A DNA stretch of 63,278 bases, filler included, from Choristocarpus tenellus KU-1152 (lineage: Eukaryota; Protista; Phaeophyceae): the NCBI GenBank assembly GCA_964200185.2. It is 12 parts of 12 records of this genome, joined end to end, with 100 filler letters (N's around TTAATTAATTAA, not from the genome) between each part and the next. Parts side by side here need not be neighbours in the genome. Positions count along the whole stretch, not along the records: positions 10,837 to 13,562 come from CAXNAD020025273.1; positions 13,663 to 18,299 come from CAXNAD020013689.1; positions 18,400 to 21,719 come from CAXNAD020020828.1; positions 21,820 to 33,121 come from CAXNAD020002399.1; 8 more parts are not named here. One strand, written 5' to 3'. How positions within the stretch are numbered: position 1 is the first letter of the stretch; every line of letters starts with the position of its first letter. Shown here one piece after another: positions 13,521 through 26,735 of this stretch. A program made the translations under genes and the position numbers. Under the pieces are notes generated by a model. That model was given only the letters and a program-made list of their open reading frames with translations, made no database searches and was not told the origin of the DNA.

Positions 13521-14699
13521 CCCCCCCCCCCCCTCCACCCCCACCCACTCCGAACCGAACGCNNNNNNNNNNNNNNNNNNNNNNNNNNNNNNNNNNNNNN
13601 NNNNNNTTAATTAATTAANNNNNNNNNNNNNNNNNNNNNNNNNNNNNNNNNNNNNNNNNNNNCCCCCCCCCCCCCAGATACTTTGGGTCTTAGGGCTGTT
13701 TCTATTGACAATTGTTTTCATTTCACCTCCATTGAATGGGACGATTTGAACTATTACCGATCACTTGTATGGACAAAATACATCAAATTTTCAGAGAGTT
13801 TGAGATGTCCTCTTGTGTTCATTCTTCTTCTTTTTTTACCTTCAATCACTGTATATCATCACTGTATATCTGTCACCTATCTACTTGACTATACTATCAG
13901 TGAAAATCTGGGGCTACCCCTCTGATTGAACAAAGATGGCATGAGAAGGTGCTGTTAGGGAAACACCCTGTAGTGGGAACCACATCCTGATCTGAATACC
14001 GTCCTACTCTATCACTCCTTCCCACTTTGATCTCTCCTCACTTCATCTCACTACTTGAAGGTGATGCTGGGGAAGCACCAGTTAGGAGTTCTTCGTGCCT
14101 ATCATCCAGGGCTCACACACAAATGGCACGAGGTCACTCCTTGGAAATGTCCTGTCATGTCCTGGGGTATTCAGTCAGACTCCACTGCTGATAGTGAAGA
14201 GGCAGGGGCAGAGGAAGGGTCAGCAGCAGCAGGGGAAACGGGGAGCAAAGGGGGATGATGATTGTTTGTGTGCATTGTTTGTGGGATGATAGATTCTGTG
14301 CATTGTTTGTGGTGTGACTGGTCTTGATGTAGTTCCCACATCATGCCCATCAGATGTCTGTCCTGTGCAGGAGTGTTGCTTCCGCCATACCATAGATACA
14401 CACAATTTTGTTCTTGGTTATTTATTTTTTTGCAGTGAGTAAATGGGATAGTCAGATGTGTTTTGTGTGTGTGTGTGTGTGTGTGTTTTGTATTTCCCTA
14501 CATGGTACCCAAGTGACTATTGGTAAGATTTGGGGGTTAGGGGAGTTTGCAGGGGTGAATTGAATCCTCCTGGCGGTTGTGACAAAGTAAGGTATACTAA
14601 TAGTGTAAGTGTCGCCTTTTTGTACCATGTCAACCGTACAACCTACAATTAGTTTCCGTTTTTTCGCCTCTTTCCCAGCACACTCTGAATGCACAAAAA

Positions 14700-15850
14700 T
14701 ATACATTAATTCGGTGAGGTGTGTGCTTAGTATGTGCATGTATGTACAAGTGGGTTCCCTGAGTTTTTCAGGCTGTGTGTTCAACCAGAGGTGGGGACTG
14801 CTTCTTTCTCAAAACCTGTATTCTGATGGGGTGTGTTTCAGGGGGCGATTTTTTCCTTAGATAGAATGAGATACTGTGGCCAGGCGGATGGTGTAGTTGT
14901 GATTACTTTTTGAGTCCGTTTTATCTTGTGAGTCACCATTGGATGTGTATCCGTTCATGCTTTTTTGTTTGCATTGAAGTGTGATTCTAGGAGAAAGAGG
15001 TGGTCCCCGAAGGTTGTTCAGGTTCACTATTGGACAGTATGATTAATGAATGATTGTGATTAGGGAGGATGGGAGCTTTTGTGTGTGTGTACAGCACAAG
15101 TGAAAACCAAAGTTCATGGGATAGGTTGGCTTTGAGGAGAAGGGAGTGATTCTGATATATATATTTATGTACTCTTTGTGATTATTTAATACAGGTAGGT
15201 GTAGAGTAATCAAATTTCGGCGGTTTGTCTGGAAGATTTGCACCCTTCTAGTCTTTGTTGCTTGTGCTGCTTTCTTCATGAATGTGACGGCTTCTTGTTT
15301 GATCGTGTCTGCGATTACTATATTTGTAGTTATCCGATTTGGTCGGTTTTGTTGATGTACCATTAGTAGTAGAGTACCGATGATTTAATTGTAGTGCAAG
15401 AATGTAAAATTGCTTGATAATTTTTTTTGTTTTCCATGTACCACACCACACCAGTTGTTATGGTATGTCGAACTAACTGTTCACGCTTGATAATAATACA
15501 GGTTCAATTTATTTTTCTGTGCAATTTCGTCACGTACTTGGAGAGTGTATAATATGTTGAGAAGAACACCTTGTTGCAACACCAAGTTAGACTTAACTTA
15601 CTATGATGATGTAGTGGCCCCAAAGCTCAATATTATTTGCAGTCGGTAGACGTCACCCTGGTGGATAGTCACAATGCTTTGGGTTCACTGGCTCTGATTA
15701 TATCGCACAGTTTTTGTTTGGGAAACATTGGGCCGTCCAAAGGGGCTGATCTGGGCTGAATGAATGTTGCAATATGAATAGCCCAGGAGTTCAACGCAAT
15801 CTTCAAACCTCAAGTTTAATAGAGGTGTTTGTGAAACAGCTGTAGCAGAA
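14700..15850 (-). mobile_element. Decayed Gypsy-like LTR retrotransposon remnant (RNase H/integrase region)
   Basis: Weak broken motifs only, e.g. a YHP-like integrase motif near 14890. Confidence 0.25.
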
Positions 15851-17744
15851 GCCATTGCCTGTAAAATACTGTGCACTCCACTCATCAGTTCCAAATCAAC
15901 TACTCCAAGTATGTACTATCAAAATATTGTATCCGTATATTGTATTTTGATAGTATGTATACCTTGACAGCACTATCTGTAAAAGGAAAACTGATGTGCA
16001 GCACCTGTCAACAAATGAATATAGGATGATACATCTTAGATCTGTCGAAAAGTTTCAAAAAATTAAGAAATCATCACTCTGAAGTCAAACTTCACACATT
16101 TAATCTATATCTGTAGAAGTATGGGTAAAGTGATTAAAAACGGACCTGAAATGCGAAATGGTCAAAACCTGGTCACCTCTCGTTTACTTGCTCAATTCTA
16201 CAAACATTGTTGCAAAGTCAAATGATGATGATGAGTCATTCTAACTGCTCCTAGTTAACACACAATTCAGTGTGTGTCATGCATGTACCTTTCGTACCAT
16301 GTACTACTACTTCATCCGCTCTCTCTCCAAAGTGAACATAACTTGTCTCAGATGGATGGCAAGGCCATGAATAACACTGTTCTCTTTAGGAACAGGACGG
16401 TGTCCGTCCATCATGATTGACTAAGCTGGAATTTGATTATTGATTATCATGGCCACGATGGTGTTGGTGGACAAGCAAATGCTCTGCGTGTATGGTTACC
16501 AAATCGTCGCTCGCACCATGTGATGTATGTATAGTACATTTAATTTTTGTATACCCAAAAAGAAAGTAATTACACAATTACAATTAATGAAATATCTTCT
16601 GAACTTTTTCGATTTGGACAACAAATATGGTTGGTACAGTGAGGGCAAGTCGGATCTAATGCAGCTGCTTTGAGGTCCTAACTCCACCTCGAACCCAAGA
16701 TACGTTCCGTTTTACGCCAAATTAAATTTGGAGAGAACTCTTCAGTCCACGAAGTTGACTAGAGGCATTCAAACCGTTGTAATTGTTACCATCTTCCATT
16801 AGTTCCACAACATAATCCTCCTAAAAAACCCCATGTATTCCCCCCTCAACAGCATCCATCGATCTCGAAAACATCTGTATCTTTCAGCTCGTCTCAAACA
16901 TTCATCCGGTTGAGCATGTCTCCCTCCAATACCTTGTCCTCTGTCTTGATGTATTTTGTCATCTTCCCCTGCGCATGGGCAACCACCTGGTCACAGTTTG
17001 CTGGTTTCCATCCACCCTCAATGCACTCATCTGATCTCTCACTTGAGTAATCATTCTCTTCTTTGTCATTTCCTCCTAAAGGACCCCCAAGTAATCGACC
17101 AGGAACCTGCGAACATATTTTTCCTCTGTCGGAGGTAGGATCTTGATTCAACCCCTTCTCTGCACATAGCTCAAGACCTTCAGGATGGTACCCAGACCCC
17201 TCAACAAGAGTTCCACTCAAACTTTAATATTTACCCTGCTAGTGGACAGTCTCCACCAGCACAGTGCGACTCATCTTGCTGCTGATAACAAGCTGGTAGT
17301 ACACGGTCAGCAGTACACGTGCGGAAATCACCTTCTGCTGACCAACTCGAGTTTCTCTATTTGCTCTTTGAATCACCTTCACTATCCTCCTGAGCATTCC
17401 GTTTGGTGGTGTCCCCCACCATTTCTCTCTGTTGGGCGCCCACACTAAGTTTCCGAAGAACAGGAGCTATGTGAAGTCATGGATGAATAATTTGGTCACG
17501 TGCACCATGGTGAACACCATGACCAAACTCGGGAGTGTGACAATCAAAGCACAGCCTCTTTTTCATCATCCCATTGTCCCAATCCAGATCCACAGTGCCA
17601 AAGATTACATGAAGTTTTTTATGTCTCTTGGAATGTGGTGGTCCCAGTGTGATCACAGGAATGAGACAGCAGCCTTTTGCTGACACGACATGGTCAATGT
17701 GTGCTGGATGTACATGAGAGGGGCACTGGTTAGGTGCCCCTAAA

Positions 17745-18161
17745 GAGTCAGACCAATTGAGAGGTAGGCAGGATTGGACCCTTTCGTATTCTAAGCCATA
17801 TTCTTACCCTGTGCGATACACTATATTTTATTGCTTAATGTGCACAATTGCGCACGCAAAACTGATATTCCCCTTTTCAACACATAAGTGACACCACAAT
17901 GAACCAAAGGTTCTCTCTTCCGTGGTACAAAATGACGTATTTTTGCTCTCTCTCAGGATCTTTAAAACGCAACTCTGCCTACCTCTCCATTGGTTAGACT
18001 ATGTGTACAATAGTGTATACAAAAATTGATATTCTCCCTTTCTTATAAACAAAGTGGCACCAAAACTTAGCAAAGGTCTTTCTGTAATTGTACAAAATGG
18101 AATCTTTTCGTCCTTCTGAGTGTCCTTAAAATGCAACCCTGCCTACCTCTCAGTTTGATTC
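17745..18161 (+). mobile_element. MITE family C, full copy plus an adjacent partial copy
   Basis: GAGTCAGACCAATTGAGAGGTAGGCAG...CTGCCTACCTCTCCATTGGTTAGACT TIRs; the right half is repeated at 18000-18161. Confidence 0.85.
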
Positions 18162-18399
18162 ATGGTATAACATTGAGAACGACATTCATTTGTCCATGTC
18201 AAAATGGTGTATATTTTATTATTTTTCTCTATGACATTTTGCAGATGTGTCAGGGGGGAAACCAATGAAAACTATATATATATACATGTCGTTATTAGCN
18301 NNNNNNNNNNNNNNNNNNNNNNNNNNNNNNNNNNNNNNNNNNNTTAATTAATTAANNNNNNNNNNNNNNNNNNNNNNNNNNNNNNNNNNNNNNNNNNNN

Positions 18400-18525
18400 A
18401 ACGTATACATTTTACCTACTACGAAACATTTTGAAGTAGGTAAAATGTCAATAAAAACCCATGGGAAGCCAAGCCCCACATGGACAAAGAGGACAAAATT
18501 CGTACCCTCTAAGATACTTTCACTC
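18400..18525 (-). mobile_element. MITE family B, partial copy
   Basis: Ends in the reverse complement of the left TIR. Confidence 0.85.
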
Positions 18526-18529
18526 AACA

Positions 18530-19520
18530 GTTCTTGTCCTGTCTACCTTGCTTCCGACCTCCATCAGCAAGTTCCTCAAGTGTCAACGTCTTCAGTAGTC
18601 GCTCATGTCCCATAGATGTATCTCACCATGCAAACAAAGAGGGCATCTTTGGAGTATTGGTTTGTTCTCATTCACAAAGTCCGATGCAGTACAGGAGGAA
18701 GTTCATGGCAGTAAGAACGAAGCTTGACAAAGTGGACCTGGTAAGGTGTACGAGTCATACAAGCAGAGGAGGAGGTCAAGTTCTTAAACCTTGAGTACTC
18801 ATATCTTAAGCAGAAGTGATCACCTGTGGTTCTATAACAAAGCACTCGGCTGTACTTGCTTAAACAACTCTCCAAGCTTTTCAAACCGTTTGCTGATCTT
18901 GGTGGTGATATCATTGTCATCCTGTTGGTGCTTTCAAGGTCCACAAGATCTTGATTCGGAGTTTGCTTGTACCTCTATGCCTAAGCCTGGGTCTGCATTG
19001 CGTATCCAAGCTTGTTGGGAGGTGGAAGACAAATGGTCTTGTCCTCTACCTGGAGGGGGTCAGCCCGAATGGCCTGGCCACCTTTACAAACACTGCTGTC
19101 ATCCTGCTGGCTGGGCTTCCTTGGATCTTAGACACAGTGCCCACATCGTCAGCATGGAGCACACCTCACACAGGCGCCACTTAAGCGTCACCCCACACCT
19201 TGCCTCTCCTCCTCCTCTCTCTGAACTGGTTGTTCTCTCAGGTCTCTCGTCAACAAGAAGGGTACCTTGGAAGTGGCTGGGTCAGTGGTGAGCTTTTTAC
19301 CTTGGTATGCTTAAGCACTGGAGTGAAGAAAAAGTTGAAGAGTATGATAGCAAGAACGTCCCCCTTATCAAGGTCTTGCTTGACCTCAAGACAGTCCGTA
19401 CACTCCACCATCTTTCAGATTGATGCTGGACGTTCACCGTATCAAGAAAGCATCGACTTCCACCAAAAAAAACCCTATCAATACCTTCATCTTCAGACTA
19501 AGGTTTCCATGGTCTCCCTC
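18530..19520 (-). mobile_element. Decayed RTE-like LINE reverse transcriptase remnant
   Basis: Frameshifted minus-strand match to VxQGLRQGCVLSPLLFNIFF (LEVKQDL...VLAIILFNFFF at ~19325-19390), plus a downstream LLLxCIG motif. Confidence 0.55.
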
Positions 19521-21819
19521 CCAATGGCATGACCCCCTACTGTATGGCCATTTCACGTGAGAATGGGCTGGAGTTGAAGACCATCGAGGGCAGGCAGGCG
19601 CATGGATGAAGGTGCTGACAAGCGGGTTGGACTGAGACATAAGAGGAGGAGGAGGAGGCTACGATGGCAAGCAGAAAGGAAAAAAAAGTCAAAATTCGTC
19701 GTTGGAAGAGGCACCTGTATATTTTAGATAGTATAGTAAGGGGGTATAAGTGGGGGGAGGGAGAGTGGAAGTAAGGCAAAAAGAATGACACCTTGAGTTT
19801 GGAGTTTACATGGAAAGGAGTTTAGCAGCACAGTCATCAGCCGCTGATCCTCTTGTCAACTAGAAACACTTTGTGCCAGATAGTGACAGGGGTATTCAAG
19901 ACAATCACTGGCACATGATCCTGCAGAATATTCTGCCCAAGAACAAGAAGTATTGGGACTGATGATGTTGATCCAGAAATGGGTTTCAGGAATAGATAGA
20001 AAGGCGTACGACCTAATTGGTACCAGGTGGGTGCAGAGGGTATGCAAGAAGCTCAGTAGCAGCAAGCAGGAAATGAGGGAGGGAATGGAAGCAGTAATGA
20101 GGTTCCAGGAGATGCAAAGGGGACAAGAAGGATCCAAGGACCTGTGCTAAGACCTCAAGATCGGAATCTACCCTTCCTTACTCACTGACCTGTGTACTTC
20201 ATATGGGGCGAAAGGTCATACTCCGGAGTGTAGGAACACATATCCGTAACTACAGAGTGCACACAGGAGAAGAGACTTAACCTGTCTTTTCACAAACAGA
20301 AAATATCTAGAGCTTTATCGAGAGGGGTAGGACTATACAGTATGTTTGTCTTACTCATACTACTCATGGAGTATGAAGTGTTAGCCGTGATTTCCACCAT
20401 GGAGTATAAAGTATTAGCTGTGATTCTCATCATGCTTCTCATGGTAACAATGACGATAACATCCCGGAATATACAGGCAGTATCATCCAAGACATGGACC
20501 ACTTTCGGGGTGATCTTCTCAGCCATCACCGGAGGCTTTGCCTCCCTTTGCTTCAGGACAAAAACAACTCTGTTAATCTCTTTCCTACTGGCATGAGCAC
20601 GTTACAGCATGAATTGCACCAAGGATATTACTATTATGAGGTGATCTTCATGACTGCCGTAGCACCCACAGCACGGACATAAAACTACAGACAATTTCAA
20701 GGGTACTAACAACTGCTTCACATTTGTTTCACAACGTACACCCTGCAACAACAGACCATCCATTGCAGTACTCATAATCATCTGGGACCTCTCATCCACA
20801 TGTATGCTTCATATGGTAGGACACCAAAAGAGTCCCCTCCCCCCCCCGTTCATCACAATCATCATTCAAAGTTGTATATACCACTCAAAACAACAACGTA
20901 ATGCTGTTGTGCTCCTCAACAGGATTGTACACAAAGAGGAGCACACACGCCTACAACCTTTTAACTCCCTGAAAACAGCAACAAATTTCTCAGTGAACAA
21001 ATATATCACTCTTCTACACCAATCTCGAAACGCCCATTCATCAGACACTACCCAAATGCCCAACCTCGCCCTGCCATTCAAAAAAATAAATCAGAAGAAA
21101 CTTCCTTCCTCCACACAAGGAATCCCTGAATGGTCATCGAAGTGCACAGGAGAAATGAGAGCTGGGGATACCAAACCTCTTCCCCCTCCCTCAATCAAAA
21201 CCCCGCACTCTTCTACAGTTACACCACTGTTGTAGGATAACGCCTCTTGTTACATGTGGAGTACAACTCTCATTTGCCGGGCGTTATTTAACTCTGTATT
21301 CCTATCTGTGTGTGATAATGTGTTCTCGTGACAGTTTCATTCACTGCCTCAAGGGGACATGAAACATTTTACTTACACAGGGGGGATTGTGCGTGGGGTG
21401 GGGGGGGTGGGGGTGGGAAACTAGCAGGCAGAAGCCCTTCCTTGTGCCATGTCAATGAATAAGCCATCACACCATCCTAATCTTATATTTCTGTACCACA
21501 CCAGAAAAAACACTGTAACAATCAACAAAAACAACAAAAACAAAAGAAGAAAGAGTGACAAGAACACCCAATTCCAGAGCTCACCACTTCAAAAGCTGAG
21601 GCAACAACTACTTGTCAACACGCCTACAGACAGGATGTCCATCAAGCTTGAGAGGGAGGGAGTGCTGTGGGGGGGGGGGAGGGGGGGGAACCTAGTACAA
21701 CACAACAGACAAGAGAATANNNNNNNNNNNNNNNNNNNNNNNNNNNNNNNNNNNNNNNNNNNNTTAATTAATTAANNNNNNNNNNNNNNNNNNNNNNNNN
21801 NNNNNNNNNNNNNNNNNNN

Positions 21820-21834
21820 GGGGTGTGTGGGGGT

Positions 21835-21876
<42 letters not shown>

Positions 21877-24049
21877 GGGCGGATGAATGGCACACGCCTT
21901 TCATGGTGTGTGGTGGAATACACCAGAGCAACTTGGCAGCAGCGGAAGTGCTTCGCCTGCTGCGTCTCCCTACAGAGATGATTTCGATGGTGTCTAACAG
22001 GGTTCTACAACAGGAGGAAGAGGGAGGTCAGAGGGAAGAGAGGCAGGGCCGACACCAGCAAGGAACAGGTAGTCGAGGGGGGCGGGGAAGAGATGTGCCT
22101 GTAAGGGAAGAGAAAGAGGAAGAGGAGGAGGAGGAGGAGGAGGAAGAGGAGGACCAGGTGAGCATCATTGAGAAGTGATTTAATTTGATGTAATTTGATG
22201 TAATTTAACGTAGCCGGTGGCGAACGAAAAGAAAAGTTTTGATGAACTGTTTGTGGAAAAAGAAAGAAAGAAAGAAAGAAATATTGTGATGAACTGTTTG
22301 TGGAAAAAGAAAGAAAGAAAGAAAGAAAGAAGAAAGAAAGAAAGAAGAAAGAAAGAAAGAAGAAAGAAAGAAAGAAGAACGAAATATTGTGATGAACTGT
22401 TTGTGGAAAAAGAAAGAAAGAAAGAAAGAAAGAAAGAAGAAAGAAATATTGAGGGGGAGAGGACGCAATACATTCTGGGGGGCATGAACTGAGGATATTT
22501 TTTTAAGGTTGTGCTGAGTTCAGGTGTGTAGAAGTATGAGTGCGTACACTGAGTTTTGTTTTTTGTTTTGTTTTGTAATTGAATTTTAGAATAGATTGTT
22601 TCACCCTTTAAAAAAAAAAAAACTGGTGTGAATATTATTCCGAAACTATTTTCATGTCCGAGATGTGTGTTGATAGTATCATGCTGTACACCAATTGAAT
22701 GGATTGGTGTCTGGTAGCAAGGCAATTGGAGGCACACACACACACACACACACACACATTAGTTTTACATACACACACACATATACACGCAGCACCTTTT
22801 TGCTTTGCAGCCATAGATACTTTTTTTTCTTGTGTGGGGAATCTCTTTCTTTTGTTACGCCATGGACTGGCTCTATTGTGAGCCAAAGTACTTTGGGGGG
22901 GGGGGTTGTTTTTTTGCGTATATGTGTATGTGTGTGTGTTTTTTTACCAATGATTACTTTTTTTCTCTGCCAGAATAATTACCATAATAATTACCAGGAT
23001 AAAGAACTTGATGTCATTATTGTGTCTTTGCACCAGGCTAAAGTATTGAGCGGCTTTCGAACCCCACTATCATGTATCCCAGCAAGTTGTGTGTAAACCC
23101 TACTCTCCAGTTGCTGTGTTGTTGTTGCAGCACATTTGGCGTGTGTTCATGCTTTCGGAGAATTGTCTGCTGATCCGGGATGGGAATAACAATCCTATTA
23201 GATATTTTTTGTTTGTTTGATGTTGCGTGGTATTAGGGTTAGGGTTAGGGTTAGGGTTAGACGCCTGATATTTGTTACACAAATGCCCCCTTCTGCCTTC
23301 ATCTCATGGCTGGAATGAACACTTATTCTTTCCTCATGATATATATGGTAGTGCTACATTGCATCCTTGTTTTTGTTGGTGTTTTGCTACTTCTAACTGA
23401 AGATAAGCTCCTAGAGTTAATTTTGTGTCAATTCTTGAAACGATTAGTGTAATCCAGAGGGGTTTTTTTGTTTGTGTTCTGGTGCAATAAGCTCTGTTTG
23501 TGTGCTTTGTGCATTGTAGTATGTAGTGTGTGTATATATTGATATGTGTATGTCATTGGAAGGATTGCAATTGATGCAGGCACAGTACGTCGCTTCATAT
23601 TGAGTGTGGTTTGTTGTATGACCTTCCCTGTCTACAACGCCTTGTTATGGTGTTGACAACTTAATTCATCATGTTGTGTATGCATTTGTTAGATGTGCAA
23701 GAGGAAACATACACTTTATAACTTGCATCATGCTATGTGTTGCATGCGTGGAATAATTGCACAAAAACACATTCACACCTATCGCGTTTTGCATCATACG
23801 TCATGCATTGAGGGGTGGCAGGTGCTTGAGGTGGATGGAGTCGGGTCAATTAGGATGAGTACTGTTTCCAACTTTCTTAGGAATTTTCTCCTGATTCAAC
23901 GACAGAGGCGGAACAACTGGGTGAACATGGAAGAGTGGGATGACTCGGATGAAGACTCTGATGAGGAGGAGGAGGACTCTGGTGAAGAAGATGAGGGCTT
24001 GGGTGAGGAAGAGGAGGAAGATGAAGAACGTGAGGACAGCGAGCTTTGA
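21820..24049 (+). CDS. 3' part of an unknown gene with an acidic C-terminal tail (exons <21820-22156, possibly 23037-23081, and 23822-24049)
   Basis: Open exon ending EEEDQ|GTGAGC (phase 0); terminal exon CAG|VLEVDGVG...EEWDDSDEDSDEEEE...EL* in the same phase. Confidence 0.55.
22240..22450 (+). repeat. Three copies of TGATGAACTGTTTGTGGAAAA separated by (GAAA)n tracts
   Basis: Directly visible; lies in the predicted intron. Confidence 0.9.
23233..23260 (+). repeat. Interstitial telomeric repeat (TTAGGG)x4.5
   Basis: Directly visible in the sequence. Confidence 0.9.
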
Positions 24050-24599
24050 GAGGCAGCGGTGCTCAGGTGTAAATTTTGGTCTGTGGTTTTTGCCAGAGAT
24101 ACAACTGAACACTGGAAACATGCATGGAACGAGTCTATCTATTATGGTGGTATTGTAAGAGAAAAGTGGGTGAATGGGCCAAGCAGGGTCAATGGTACAG
24201 CCAATCACAGGTTTATGTCCATCATAGAGTTTGCAACATCTTTGTTAAGTAAGAGGGCCAAGTGCTGTTCTTGAATAAGAGTCAAAATGTGGAGACTTAT
24301 TGATTGGTTGCAGTGGGATGGCATGCTGAAGAGACTTGATTTTATGTTCAAGAGCGTTGGATACATAGGTGTATATGTTAGCTTTGAAGTATACATATTT
24401 ATAATTACATACTTTTTTTTTTAGTACAATATGCATGCATGCCTGTTATTGAATGAAGCTCTGATTTCGTGTATCCTGTCATGGCAGGCTTTTGGATTGT
24501 AATATATGTGCATGTAGCGCATGGTGGTTGTACACACACTTTTATCATTTAGGCAAAACATGTGATTTTTTTACTTGACACACAGTAGATGTGGCTGTC

Positions 24600-26350
24600 C
24601 CACCTAGCATCAAGAACAGTGCCATCGTCAACCCAACATTTTGAATCGACACTGACTCCAGTCTTGATTGTTCTGTTGGGCTCATTTTAACCTTCTACTG
24701 AGTAATGCCAAGAGGCGAACACTACTCCAGCAATGGTCCATACTTCCATCGTTCCAATGACTAGTACCATACACGGGCCATGCTGGGTGTTGCGCCTCCA
24801 GCACAGGCTTGTGCCTGCCACAGGAGGGCTCATGCCGCAAGTGGATAACATATACTAGTCATGCACATTTGAAAGTTCTATTTTACATCAGGCGATACAT
24901 GATCCAGGGTTGTCGATTATATGAGACCCATTGTTTTCCTCTTACTCAAGGATAATTGAGTGCTCCATTCATTGTGTTAGGAAGTGATATGATCCATCAG
25001 ACTGCCTCAGTACCAACCTCTGTCCATGATTTATGCCGAGTGTCTTGGTGGTGACACTTGGTGAAGTGTTGAACTCTGCTTTACCTGCATTATTAGCATA
25101 GAAGTAGGTATTGGTCATGGTATCCCTGTCTTTCACAGGACGGTTTCATTTTAGTGTGATGAGTTGTATGTCTATTTCTCCATAAGTGGACAAGCCCTAC
25201 GAAGTCAAAACAAAGAGGCAGGAAAAGCAATAGGGCAGGCGGAAAAGGACTACTAGTGACAAGGCGCAGCTTGCTAGGTTGTGGGTTGGTGTCTTTAAAT
25301 GAAGGACCTACCTCTGGGTGTGCAACCTTCAGAAAGTTAAAACTGTTGACTCATCACACCCTCAAGCGATAAAGAAACCACGAAATGCTTACTCTTAAGC
25401 TGAGGTGTCGCAGGTTCATTTATTGGACAAAGGTGAGGTATAAAACTCACACAAATATTCCTATGTCCAGCTTAGCAGACCCACTACCAAAATGCTGTGA
25501 GTTATCAACTGAGGCGAAACCTTCCAGAGTAAGTGTATCATCGAAGACATGACGTGAAATCTTGGTTCTTGACCACAGACAAGTAGCCCTGCCCTTTCAG
25601 TTGTTGCAAAAAAGGTCGAAAGAGTGCTTTGCACAGGCAGTCCCCCAAAATTCTTACTCCTTGCACATCAGCAGCCATTTGTTTCAAAGAAGAAAAAAAT
25701 TACCATCAACAAGCCAGGAACCCATCGAACAAGGCATGAATGCAGTGATCCTCAAAGCACACAACATCTAACTTCACGTACAATGAATAAATGCCAACGA
25801 TAAAGTCATAGAGTGCATGACATACGTAAACATCCTACTACCATAACTCTCTTCCCGATAAAGCTGGACACCGCCACGACCCAAACCCTTATTTATCCAA
25901 GTCTTAGCGAGATCCTTCAACCCATGGATCACAATATAATGCATTGACATGACCAATTTGAGCATCGTTGCCTGTATATCTAGTGTTGAATGTTGAAATA
26001 ATTTCTCAAGTCTAACACTTCACAACCCCTGCCTCAGCTATGGTAATCTGTATCAGAAGTAGAAGAGATAAAAACAGGTTGATCTTCATCTCCTGTAAAT
26101 CAGCAGCACGCTTCCAGTTTGACAGACCTGTCGGATTTACACTGACAACTTTCCTCTCAGGTAACAAAGACTGCCACGATGCGAACACATCAATGTTTTA
26201 AATCTCAACATGCACTGACACGGCACCTAAGATAGCACTCTTGGGCATGTCTGCAGCACAGGTCATCGAGAAATACCCACACCCTGGTACACTGCCCTGG
26301 AACTGCACCTAGGACCAAGGATCACGCTGAGAATTTTCCGGAGGAAGTTG
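24600..26350 (-). mobile_element. Decayed Ty1/Copia RT-RNase H remnant
   Basis: Minus-strand motifs in the expected order: ARLV/Q..G.Y-like (~26300), IDV (~26190), HGLKDLAKTW for YGLKQAPRxW (~25910), YV (~25777), and an RNase H-like tail (~24650). Confidence 0.55.
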
Positions 26351-26735
26351 AAACGGCCCTTGCCTACGCAACCTCATCTCTCGAATCTCCTCCCTGTGGA
26401 AAAGAGTAAAGTAACGGCATGAGGTCAAAATATTCAACAAGGCAAAGGGGACTAGTAATAAAAGGTGTGTGCTTCATGTTGTAAAATGTAGAGGTTCTGG
26501 GCTTGACTGTACTATGAGTCCAATTCCCTATTTGTCTTTCAGCATAGAACTACCAAGGCTTGACAGCGTCAATACTTAGGGTTAGGGTATATGGATCAAA
26601 AGGCAAGTTGTAATACCAGTAGAAATCACCAGTCTCTCTTTCTTGTTGTATTCAAAGCAGGTAGGGAATATTAAACCAAAAAACCTCTCGCTCTACAGTG
26701 AATAATGTTGGCACAATAAGTACCTGTGCTGGGCA

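Noticed and set aside
16700-17700. Possible KDZ/CxC-type transposase remnant
   Set aside because: No motif could be identified with confidence.
22180-22755. 191-aa and similar long low-complexity ORFs
   Set aside because: Products of GAAA, CA and G microsatellites.
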